A stretch of 64,000 nucleotides of DNA, from NCBI GenBank assembly GCA_003597935.1, contig QZJT01000059.1, positions 1 to 64,000 of the forward strand, in the 5' to 3' direction. The position numbers and the translations under genes were made by a program. Below the pieces are notes generated by a model that was not told the DNA's origin, did no database searches, and saw only the letters and a list, made by a program, of their open reading frames with translations. Numbering within the stretch: position 1 is the stretch's first letter; every line of letters starts with the position of its first letter. The DNA comes from Phycisphaerales bacterium (GTDB lineage Bacteria; Planctomycetota; Phycisphaerae; UBA1845). This document shows positions 52,774 through 61,619 of the stretch, one piece after another.

Positions 52774-53120
52774 TCCCGGCTTGAAGGGCGGGGATCGGAG
52801 GGGGGGGGTGTACACCCGTCCTCAGAGCCCCGGCATTCATGCCGGGAGTTCCGGCGGCGTGTGATCACACGTTTCCGCTCGGGACGCGATTCTCCGAGCA
52901 ACTCCCGCCTTGAAAGGCGGGGCTCTGGGGGACAGCGCACACGCTCGCGACGATCCGCCCGCCTTGAAAGGCGGGGCTCGGGGGGACAGCGCGCACGCTC
53001 GCGAGGAGTTGGGCGCGGTGAATGGCGGGGCGCGGAGCCGGGCGGGATAACGGCGAGCCGGGCGGGATAACGGCGAGCCGGGCGGGATAACGGCGAGCCG
53101 GGCGGGATAACGGCGAGCCG
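52774..53120. repeat. Two arrays: about 45-bp units with a CCCGCCTTGAAAGGCGGG hairpin (52774-53010), then a perfect (GGCGGGATAACGGCGAGCCG) x4 array (53041-53120) that ends 20 bp before the MATE start codon
   Basis: Direct reading of the sequence. Confidence 0.85.
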
Positions 53121-53139
53121 GCCGCTACAATCTCCGCCC

Positions 53140-54516
53140 ATGCTCGTGGCCCAGACCTTTCAGCCGGTGGTGACGACCGGGAGCGTCAGGCGGATGCTCT
53201 TCGTGCTGGCGGTGCCGGTGCTGACCGAGCAGCTTCTGAATGCCCTGGTCGGGATCGGCGATACGTTCTGGGCGGGGCGGGTCAGCGCAGTCGCGACCAA
53301 CGCCATCGGACTGGCTGCGTACGTCGCCTGGCTGGCCTCGATGCTCTTCGCGATGGTCGGCACCGGCACCACGGCCCTGGTCTCGCGGTTCTGGGGAGCG
53401 CGGCAGCCGGAGGAGGCCAACGACATCGCCCACCAGGCGATCCTGCTGGCGGCCGCGATCGGGGTGGCCACCTCGGCGGCGCTGATGGCCCTGGCCCCGG
53501 TCTTCGCCCGGATGCAGGGCATGAGCGGCGAGAGCGGCCGGATCGCGGTCACGTATCTGCGGCTGAACGCCATCAGCGCCCCGATGCTGAGCGTGACCCT
53601 GGCCGGCAGCGCCGCGCTCCGCGGCGCCGGCGACATGCGCACGCCGATGGCGATCCAGGCGGCCATCAACGTGGTCAACATGATCGTCTCGCCCTGCCTG
53701 CTGTACGGCCTGGGACCGCTGCCGGCGCTGGGCGTGGACGGGATCGCCCTGGGAACCGTGACCGCTGAGACGCTGGGCGCCGCGATCATGATCGTGCTGC
53801 TGGTCCGCGGCCGCGCCGGGCTGCGGCTGCGCCCGTCGCGCTTCCGCCCGGAGGCCGCCCGCATCGGCCGCATCATGCGGATCGGCATCCCGGCCGGGGC
53901 GGACGGCGTCATCATGTGGAGCGGGCACTTCGTTTTCCTGATCATCATCGCTTACCTGGCCACCGGGGCCATCGGCGACGCCTACTATGCCGCCCACATC
54001 GTGGCGGTGCGCACGGAGGCGTTCACGTACCTGCCGGCCATCGCCTGGGGCACGGCCGCCGCGACCATGATCGGCCAGGCGCTGGGCGCCGGCGACGCGA
54101 AACGCGCCATTCGTGCCGGGCACGAGGCCGTCCTGCAATGCGGCCTGCTGAACTGCGTCGTGGCGGTGCTCTTCTACGCCGGGGCGGAACAGATCTACGC
54201 CATCATGCACACTGACGCCCTGGTCCGCGCGGCGGGGGTGACGCCGTTCCGTATCCTGGCGCTGTTGCAGCCGGTGCTGGGCATGTCGATCGTCTACATC
54301 CACGGCATGCGCGGGGCGGGGGACACGCGGTTTCCCATGCTGATCACGCTGATCGGCATCATCGTGGTGCGCCTTCCGATCGGTTACGTGTGCGGCACGC
54401 TGCTGTCCGGCGGCCTGCTGGGGGCGTGGATGGGCATGTGCGCCGATATCATCTGGCGGGCGCTGGCGGCGCTGATCCGCTACCGCGGACATCGCTGGGT
54501 CCATACCCGAGTGTGA
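53140..54516 (+). CDS. MATE family efflux transporter
   Basis: 12 TM helices; MATE-like segments (LTEQLLNALVGIGDTFWAGR, GAGDMRTPMAIQA). Confidence 0.9.
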   Translation: MLVAQTFQPVVTTGSVRRMLFVLAVPVLTEQLLNALVGIGDTFWAGRVSAVATNAIGLAAYVAWLASMLFAMVGTGTTALVSRFWGARQPEEANDIAHQAILLAAAIGVATSAALMALAPVFARMQGMSGESGRIAVTYLRLNAISAPMLSVTLAGSAALRGAGDMRTPMAIQAAINVVNMIVSPCLLYGLGPLPALGVDGIALGTVTAETLGAAIMIVLLVRGRAGLRLRPSRFRPEAARIGRIMRIGIPAGADGVIMWSGHFVFLIIIAYLATGAIGDAYYAAHIVAVRTEAFTYLPAIAWGTAAATMIGQALGAGDAKRAIRAGHEAVLQCGLLNCVVAVLFYAGAEQIYAIMHTDALVRAAGVTPFRILALLQPVLGMSIVYIHGMRGAGDTRFPMLITLIGIIVVRLPIGYVCGTLLSGGLLGAWMGMCADIIWRALAALIRYRGHRWVHTRV

Positions 54517-54528
54517 AGGGAGACCGCG

Positions 54529-56286
54529 ATGAACCCCGACGCCCTGGCTGACGAGCGCCCGTCGGCGCAGACGCCCGAGCGGCGCGACAGCGACGCGAGG
54601 ACGGCGCTGGTGATCCTGCTGGTGGCCGCGGTTCTCTTTATCGCGCTGCGGGCGCGGATGATATCGGTTCCCTTCGAGCGCGATGAAGGCGAGTACGCCT
54701 ACGTCGCCCAGCGGCTTGCCCACGGGGACGCGCCTTACCGAGACGCCTTCCTGCAAAAGACCCCCGCGGCGGCGTTCGTCTACGCCGCCGCGTTCGCCAT
54801 CGCAGACGAGGGCATCGAGTCGGTCCACCTGATGCTCTATGCCTTCACGGCCGCCACGGCGCTGCTGCTCTATCGGCTCATCGCCGCCGCCGCAGGACGC
54901 GTCGCGGGGGCGGTGGCGGTGCTGGCCTTCAGCCTCACCTCGATCGAACCCCGCCTGCTCGCTTCCGCGGCCAATACCGAGCAATTCGCCCTGCTCCCAC
55001 TGACCGCCGGGATCGCGGCGGCCCTGCTGGCGCGACAACGGCACTCGTGGAGGTGGAGCGCCGCGTCCGGCGCGTGCTGTCTGGCGGCATTCTGGTTCAA
55101 ACAGGTGGCGCTGGCGCCGGCGATGGTCGCGCCGCTGATCCTGCTGGGCGGGCGGGGGCACAGGCCATTCCCCGACGGCCACGATCGGCCCCGCGACGCA
55201 ACGCCGGCGCGATTGGCAGCCTGGTTGGCGGGTGGAACCGTCGTCTCGACGATCGCGGTGGCGTACATCGCGCTTTCCGACGCCTGGGCGGCGTTCGTCG
55301 ACTGTGCCTTCGCGCACAACTGGGCATACGCGCAGCGGGTCTCGCCGTCAGACGGCTGGACGGCGCTGGTGGCACGGCTCGCGGAGCAGTGGCCATCCAT
55401 GTTCGGAGTATGGCTGCTGGCGGCGATCGTCCTGGCATGGCCGAGGGGCGCGGTTGAGACGGCGCTCGCGGACGCGGCGGGAGACGCGCGACCGTCGTCC
55501 GCGGCGATCCGCCCTCGAGAGTTGGGCCTCTGGCTCATCCTGTCGTTCATCGCGGTGGCGGCGCCGATGAACTTCTACCATCACTACTTCGTCTGGCTCC
55601 TGCCGCCGCTGTGCGGGCTGGCCGGGATCGGCGCCGGGCGTCTGCTGCAGGCCGTCGGGCGAACCGGCCCCGCGGCCGTACGGGGAAAGGCTCTCGTGCG
55701 TCGGGCTATGCCCACCGCCGTCGCGGTCGGTGTGACCGCGTTGATCGCCCTGCCGACGCTGGTGGCCAACCGCGCGATCTGGCTGGCGGCAGGTCCGCGG
55801 GCGGTTTCCTCGCTCCTGTATCGCCAGAACGCCTTCTGGGAGTCCGTCGAGATCGGCCGGTTCATCCGCAGCGCCGGCGAGCCGTCCGACTCGGTCTTCA
55901 TCCTCGGCTCCGAGCCGCAGATCCTTTTTTATGCCAACCGGCGCAGCGCCTCGCGGTATACGATCATGTACCCGCTGTTCGGACCGTATGCGGACGCGGA
56001 GGGTCGGCAGGAGGAGGTCCTGGAGGAGATCGCTCGCGACCGGCCGCGCTGGATCCTGGACGTCCGCCTGGAAAACTCGCTGACGCCGGACAAGGACGCG
56101 CCGACCCTGCTGCTGGAGAGCGTCAGCGCCATGCTACTGCCCGGGCAGGGCTATCGGCTGTCCGGCCTGGTGGTGGCCAAGGTGCAACAGCGGAGGTTTG
56201 TGACGCTGTTCGGAGAGGAAGCGCGTCGCCATGCCGATCTATATGGGCTGCCGGAGGTGGGCATTCTGATCTTCGAGCGGCGGTGA
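54529..56286 (+). CDS. GT-C fold membrane glycosyltransferase (ArnT/PMT, family 39/83-like)
   Basis: N-terminal multi-TM region with the first-loop acidic motif FERDEGEYAY, plus a C-terminal soluble domain. Confidence 0.65.
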   Translation: MNPDALADERPSAQTPERRDSDARTALVILLVAAVLFIALRARMISVPFERDEGEYAYVAQRLAHGDAPYRDAFLQKTPAAAFVYAAAFAIADEGIESVHLMLYAFTAATALLLYRLIAAAAGRVAGAVAVLAFSLTSIEPRLLASAANTEQFALLPLTAGIAAALLARQRHSWRWSAASGACCLAAFWFKQVALAPAMVAPLILLGGRGHRPFPDGHDRPRDATPARLAAWLAGGTVVSTIAVAYIALSDAWAAFVDCAFAHNWAYAQRVSPSDGWTALVARLAEQWPSMFGVWLLAAIVLAWPRGAVETALADAAGDARPSSAAIRPRELGLWLILSFIAVAAPMNFYHHYFVWLLPPLCGLAGIGAGRLLQAVGRTGPAAVRGKALVRRAMPTAVAVGVTALIALPTLVANRAIWLAAGPRAVSSLLYRQNAFWESVEIGRFIRSAGEPSDSVFILGSEPQILFYANRRSASRYTIMYPLFGPYADAEGRQEEVLEEIARDRPRWILDVRLENSLTPDKDAPTLLLESVSAMLLPGQGYRLSGLVVAKVQQRRFVTLFGEEARRHADLYGLPEVGILIFERR

Positions 56287-56377
56287 ACGCCGCCGTCCGG
56301 TAAACCCGCACCGCCGGCGCGAAGGCTCCAAACTTGAAATCGCCCGCCGGTTCGGACAAGATGGTTCGAGGGAAAGA

Positions 56378-58408
56378 ATGAGCGCCACGACCCTGTCACC
56401 ATCTCGGGACGGCGATGCGATGGCGGGATTGGTCCCCGGCCGTCGCTTCGATCGTTTCTGGCTGTACATTCTGCTGGTTCCGCCGCTGCTGATCTTTCCC
56501 AACATGGGTGCGTCGATCCTGTGGCAGGATGAGGCGGAGACGGCGCTGCTCGCACGTCGCATCGCCCAGTACGGCTATCCGCTGGCGGACGACGGTCGTC
56601 CCCCGACCGACCCGATGGGGCGTTCCGTCTACGCCGTCACCGATCAGAAGGACTTCGTCGACCTCAACGAGGACGGGATCTGGATCTGGACGTCGTGGCT
56701 GGGCAACTACGTGGCGGCCGCCTCCTTTCTGGTGTTCGACCGCCTGGGGTTGCCGCAGAGCACGCTGGCGGCCCGCCTGCCGTTCGCCCTGGTCGGCTGG
56801 GCGGTGTTCGCGGTGATGTACGCCGGCCTGCGGGACGTGACCGGCGACCGGCGCCTCGCCCGCCTGGCGGTGGTCCTGCTGTCCGTGTCGGTGCCGTATC
56901 TGCTGTTCACCCGTCAGTGCCGGAATTATACCTTGCTCGCCCTGTTCACGTTTCTGCAGACGTGGGGCTACATCCGCCTCCTGCGCGGGCGGCAGCGGGG
57001 CCTTATGATGTTCGTGGTCGGGGGGGTCGGGTCCTACTACGCGTTCTTCGTGCAGATGGTGGGCGCGACCGCAGGGATGGGGTTGCACCTGCTCCTGCGC
57101 CACCCGCGCTGGCGATTGATCGCGCGTTTCGTGGCAGGATGCGTGCTGATCGCCCTGTTTACGCTCCCGTTCTTCGTCTACACCCGGTCCTGGGACCGCG
57201 ACTACGACGGCAGCGGTTTTCCGGCCGAGAACGTCTGGCGCTTCGCCGCTTCGCTGCGGGCCTACGTGCTTCAGATCCAACTGTACGCCTGGCCCTTCGC
57301 CCTGCTCGTGCCGCTGATCCTGTGGAAGTGGGCGGTGGGGGGCGGCCTGCGCCGCCGCGGCGCCGCCGCCGCGGGCACGGCCGGGGTGGCGGCGTTGCTG
57401 TGGTCGATGGTGCGCGGGGCCGGCCCCGTCAGCTTCAGCGTTTTCCTGGGGCTGGTAGGTGTAGTGGGGCTGGCGGCGCTGGTCCGCATGGCGGCCACGC
57501 CCGGGCGATTCGCACCGAGCGGGGAAAGCGGCGAACGGCCCAACTGGCTCTATGCCGTCGGCATGATGGCGGCATTCGCCGTCCTGACCATCGCCTCGCT
57601 GGCGAACTATCCTTTCTTCCGCTATCTGGTGGGACTGGCGCCGTGGTTTGCGGCCATCACGGCCCTGTGCCTGCTGCACCTGGCCGCCGACAAGCGCTGG
57701 CTGCTGGCGCCGGCTGTGGTCGTGCTGGCGGCCACCGAGTTCGTACAATACGCACCTGTGTTCGCCGCCCGTCAGGCGGTGCTGGAGCCGCAGCGCCTGG
57801 CCCTGGCGGTGAAGCTCGGCACCGAGGCCCGGCCGAACCACGATCTGGCCTACTATCGACTCAACGAGTTCGGACACCTCCAGACCAACGGCAACGTGTG
57901 GACGATTCTCTACAAGGACGCCCGCGGAGGGCGCATCGAGGGTTTCCCCGAGATCGAGTTCCCGTTGTATGAGTACATCTACGAGTTGACGCACGACTAC
58001 GACGGCCCCATTGAGGCGGTGGTCGCGTATCTCAATGAGCACGCCCAGCCTGGTGACACCGTCGTCACGGTCTATGAGCATTTTCCGTTGAAGTTCTATA
58101 CGACGCTGCCGGTCTTCCGTCCCTGGGAGACGTACACGCGGTTGTGGGACCTGCCGGACTGGATCGTGCGGCAGCACCAGGGCTACCCTGGCGGGCTGCA
58201 CCCGCGCGTGCGCGAAGAGCGCTACGAGATGATCGAGGACCTGCCCGGCGACCCGCGCCTGCTCCAGTGGGACAACATCCCCGAACCGATGTACCACCAG
58301 TTCCGCACCCTCACCGACCGGGACGAGTTGAAGCTGTGGCGGCTGAAGGACCAGTACAAGGCCCATCCGGCCACCCGGCAGATCCCCTCCACGCTGACGC
58401 TTCCTTAA
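56378..58408 (+). CDS. GT-C fold membrane glycosyltransferase-like protein (second tandem ArnT/PMT-like gene)
   Basis: Multi-TM N-terminus with LWQDEAETAL motif, then a C-terminal soluble domain of about 250 aa. Confidence 0.55.
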   Translation: MSATTLSPSRDGDAMAGLVPGRRFDRFWLYILLVPPLLIFPNMGASILWQDEAETALLARRIAQYGYPLADDGRPPTDPMGRSVYAVTDQKDFVDLNEDGIWIWTSWLGNYVAAASFLVFDRLGLPQSTLAARLPFALVGWAVFAVMYAGLRDVTGDRRLARLAVVLLSVSVPYLLFTRQCRNYTLLALFTFLQTWGYIRLLRGRQRGLMMFVVGGVGSYYAFFVQMVGATAGMGLHLLLRHPRWRLIARFVAGCVLIALFTLPFFVYTRSWDRDYDGSGFPAENVWRFAASLRAYVLQIQLYAWPFALLVPLILWKWAVGGGLRRRGAAAAGTAGVAALLWSMVRGAGPVSFSVFLGLVGVVGLAALVRMAATPGRFAPSGESGERPNWLYAVGMMAAFAVLTIASLANYPFFRYLVGLAPWFAAITALCLLHLAADKRWLLAPAVVVLAATEFVQYAPVFAARQAVLEPQRLALAVKLGTEARPNHDLAYYRLNEFGHLQTNGNVWTILYKDARGGRIEGFPEIEFPLYEYIYELTHDYDGPIEAVVAYLNEHAQPGDTVVTVYEHFPLKFYTTLPVFRPWETYTRLWDLPDWIVRQHQGYPGGLHPRVREERYEMIEDLPGDPRLLQWDNIPEPMYHQFRTLTDRDELKLWRLKDQYKAHPATRQIPSTLTLP

Positions 58409-58420
58409 AGGGAGATTCTG

Positions 58421-60499
58421 ATGGTTCGTTGCTCTTCAACGCGCGCGGGCGGTGCGGCAGGCCTCGAAGCGCCCAAGATCCCGCAGCGATCGTCAGCGGT
58501 GCGGCGCCGGAGGAGGCGGCCAACCGGCATTTTTGACGCGGCCGCTGTGCTCGCGGCGCTGATCGTCGTCGGTTGCACCACGGCCCGCTTGGATCGTAGC
58601 GTCGACCGCTCCCCGGCGCTTGCCTCGGCCGGGGACGCCGTCCGAAGCGAGACGGCCGAGTCCACGGCGCAGTCTACCCCCGCGCCGGACTCGGAAGCGT
58701 ATATCGCCGCGCACTACACCAAGCGCGAGGTCCGCATCCCCATGCGCGACGGCATGCACCTCTTTACGGCCATTTACGAGCCGCGCGACCGCACCCGCCC
58801 CCACCCGATCATGCTTTTCCGCACGCCTTACAGCGTGCGGCCGTACGGCGATGACCAGTATCCCTCCGGGCTGGGACCGTATCCGCTGGCGCCGCAGGCC
58901 GGCTACATCTTCGTCAACCAGGACGTGCGCGGCTGCTACATGTCGGAGGGGCAATTCACCAACATGACGCCGCACGTCGACGACAAACAGAGCCACACCG
59001 ACGTCGATGAAAGCTCGGATACGTATGACACCATCGAGTGGCTGATCCGCAACCTGGAGAACCACAACGGCCGCGTGGGCATGTGGGGGATATCCTACCC
59101 CGGGTTCTACGCCGCGGCAGGGATGATCGACGCTCATCCGGCGCTGGTGGCCGTGTCTCCGCAGGCGCCCATCGCCGACTGGTTTTTCGACGACTTCCAT
59201 CACCACGGGGCGTTCTTCCTGCCCCACTGCTTCAACTTCATGGCGTCGTTCGGCCGGCCGCGGCCGGACCCGACCCAGTCGCGCTCCGGAGGCCGCTTCC
59301 GCCACGGCACGCCCGACGGATACCAGTTCTTTCTGGATCTGGGACCGCTCAAGAACGCCAACGAGCGCTATCTGCACGGCGAAATCGAGGCGTGGAACGA
59401 GATCGTCGCCCATCCCAACTATGATGAGTACTGGCAGCGGCGGAACATCCTCCCTCATCTGCACCGCGTTGCACCGGCGGTGATGACCGTGGGCGGCTGG
59501 TTCGACGCCGAAGATCTGTACGGGCCGCTCAAGATCTATCGCGCCGTAGAACGCGGAAACCCTGACGTGTTCAACGTCCTGGTGATGGGTCCATGGCCGC
59601 ACGGCGGGTGGCGCGGCGAGGGAGAGCGGCTGGGAAACATCGACTTCGGCGCCAAGACCGGCAGGTTCTACCACGAGATCGTCATCGCGCCGTTCTTCGA
59701 ATACTATCTGTTGGATGCTGCGCGTCCTGATCTGCCCGAAGCCTGCGTCTTCCAGACCGGCGTCAACCGCTGGCGCACGTTTGACGCCTGGCCGCCGCGG
59801 CAGACGCGGGCGCAGTCGATATACGTCGCGCCCGCAGCGGCGCTGTCGTTCGAGCCGCCTCCCGCTGACGGCCGCCTCTACGACGAATTCATCAGCGATC
59901 CCGCTCACCCGGTGCCCTACACCCAGCAGATCACCACCGGCATGACGCGGTCCTACATGACGGAGGACCAACGTTTCGCCTCCCGTCGTCCGGACGTGCT
60001 GACCTATCAGACGAACGCGCTTGACACCGATGTCACGTTCGCCGGACCGATCCAGGCCAACCTATGGGTCTCCACGTCCGCGACGGCCTCAGACTGGGTG
60101 GTCAAAGTCATCGACGTGTTCCCGCCGGACGCTCCCACGCCGGAGGACGCGGCCGAAGGCGTGAAGATGGGCGGCTACCAGATGATGGTCCGCAGCGAGG
60201 TCATCCGCGGGCGTTTTCGCAACAGCTATGAACGGCCGGAACCGTTCATGCCTGACCAGCCCACGCTGGTGCCGCTGGAGTTGCTGGACGTTTTGCACAC
60301 GTTCCAGAAAGGCCACCGCGTGATGGTCCAGATTCAGTGTACGTGGTTTCCGCTGGTGGACCGCAACCCGCATCGCTACGTGGACAACGTGTTCCTGGCG
60401 GATGAATCGGACTTCATTCCAGCGGTGCAGCGCGTCTACCACTCGCCGGAGCACCCGACGCACCTGGTTGTGGGAGTCCTCCCTGAGAGCGGTCCGTAG
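58421..60499 (+). CDS. CocE/NonD family hydrolase (S15 Xaa-Pro dipeptidyl-peptidase-like), probable lipoprotein
   Basis: GxSYxG nucleophile motif MWGISYPGFYAA, plus a C-terminal beta-sandwich domain. N-terminal LAALIVVGC lipobox-like. Confidence 0.85.
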   Translation: MVRCSSTRAGGAAGLEAPKIPQRSSAVRRRRRRPTGIFDAAAVLAALIVVGCTTARLDRSVDRSPALASAGDAVRSETAESTAQSTPAPDSEAYIAAHYTKREVRIPMRDGMHLFTAIYEPRDRTRPHPIMLFRTPYSVRPYGDDQYPSGLGPYPLAPQAGYIFVNQDVRGCYMSEGQFTNMTPHVDDKQSHTDVDESSDTYDTIEWLIRNLENHNGRVGMWGISYPGFYAAAGMIDAHPALVAVSPQAPIADWFFDDFHHHGAFFLPHCFNFMASFGRPRPDPTQSRSGGRFRHGTPDGYQFFLDLGPLKNANERYLHGEIEAWNEIVAHPNYDEYWQRRNILPHLHRVAPAVMTVGGWFDAEDLYGPLKIYRAVERGNPDVFNVLVMGPWPHGGWRGEGERLGNIDFGAKTGRFYHEIVIAPFFEYYLLDAARPDLPEACVFQTGVNRWRTFDAWPPRQTRAQSIYVAPAAALSFEPPPADGRLYDEFISDPAHPVPYTQQITTGMTRSYMTEDQRFASRRPDVLTYQTNALDTDVTFAGPIQANLWVSTSATASDWVVKVIDVFPPDAPTPEDAAEGVKMGGYQMMVRSEVIRGRFRNSYERPEPFMPDQPTLVPLELLDVLHTFQKGHRVMVQIQCTWFPLVDRNPHRYVDNVFLADESDFIPAVQRVYHSPEHPTHLVVGVLPESGP

Positions 60500-60529
60500 C
60501 GCTTCACACAAGCGGCGGGCGCAAGCTGA

Positions 60530-61507
60530 TTACTCGGCGCACGAATCTCGCTCGCCTTTGACTTTGCAGCTTCCCTTGCCGCCCTCGGGACAATCGAACG
60601 TCCCTTTGTAGCGACGGCGGCAATCGTCCGCCGCGTCGCACCCTTCCCCGCTGGACACGAGTTCGCCGGGCTGAGGACACGCGCGGCAGCCGTGCCGCGC
60701 CCTGGACCTGCCCACCGCGTATTGGCAGGACGCGCCGCGGACGGCGTACTCGATGTGAAAGTGCCACGGCTCCAGGAAGCCGTAGGGCGCCGGCAGCCCG
60801 GGCGGCGCCTTCTGGCCCCGCTCCTCGAAATGTTTGAAGATCGCGTAGGGAATGGTGATCCGCACCGACAGGGACGTCGTCCCGCCGCCCGCCACCTCGA
60901 TCTTGCCCGATTCCAGCAGCGTCCCCAGCCGGTAGTTGGGAGGCGAGTCTGAAAAAACGTTCGGGAAGAAGGCGTCGAGGTCTCGAAACGCCCGGGAGGC
61001 GGTGTCGTGGTTGTAGAACTGGATGTACGGGTCCGGCAACTGGTCCATCTGGTCGATGTCCCAGAGCTTGTGCATCATGAAGGTGTCCATCTGGAACTCG
61101 ACCCGTCGGTCGAACTTGATGTCACGCACCTCGACGGTGATCGCGGAGCCTGCCTTGATGTCCGCGAAGTAGTCCTTCAAGCGCCGGGTTTCCAGAGTCT
61201 CCTTGAAGAACGAATGCGAGATCAGAGATTCATTGTCGTAGAGCGCGCCGATGGCCAGCAGCCGCCGGCCGAAGGCGTTGTACGAGTTCATATAATGGAT
61301 ATTCTCATCGTCCGGGGAAAGCTGCACGGCGTCCCGCGGCCCCCGGCCGTTGAAGTCCACTTCGCCGGTCAGAACGCGTGGCCCGGAATGGGTCATATAA
61401 GTCAGGGTCGTTCGGGCCGTGCCGATCGGCGTCGGCCGCTCTCCGCGGGCGGCCGCCGGCGCCGCCAGCACAGCCGCAATCAGGAGGAATGTCGCACTTC
61501 GATTCAT
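60530..61507 (-). CDS. Secreted hypothetical protein with a C-terminal 8-Cys basic module (shared with the 24056-25092 protein)
   Basis: Signal peptide MNRSATFLLIAAVLAAPAAA. C-terminal GASCQYAVGRSRARHGCRACPQPGELVSSGEGCDAADDCRRRYKGTFDCPEGGKGSCKVKGERDSCAE. Confidence 0.65.
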   Translation of the reverse strand: MNRSATFLLIAAVLAAPAAARGERPTPIGTARTTLTYMTHSGPRVLTGEVDFNGRGPRDAVQLSPDDENIHYMNSYNAFGRRLLAIGALYDNESLISHSFFKETLETRRLKDYFADIKAGSAITVEVRDIKFDRRVEFQMDTFMMHKLWDIDQMDQLPDPYIQFYNHDTASRAFRDLDAFFPNVFSDSPPNYRLGTLLESGKIEVAGGGTTSLSVRITIPYAIFKHFEERGQKAPPGLPAPYGFLEPWHFHIEYAVRGASCQYAVGRSRARHGCRACPQPGELVSSGEGCDAADDCRRRYKGTFDCPEGGKGSCKVKGERDSCAE

Positions 61508-61619
61508 TGTCTATCCCTTCATCAAAGAAAACACGCGGGTCGCCCGCTCCATGCGGCCTCGGCCGGACGCCCGCTCCGGCCTCTGAGCATCAAAGAAAAG
61601 CGGCCTGAGCCGCCGGACT

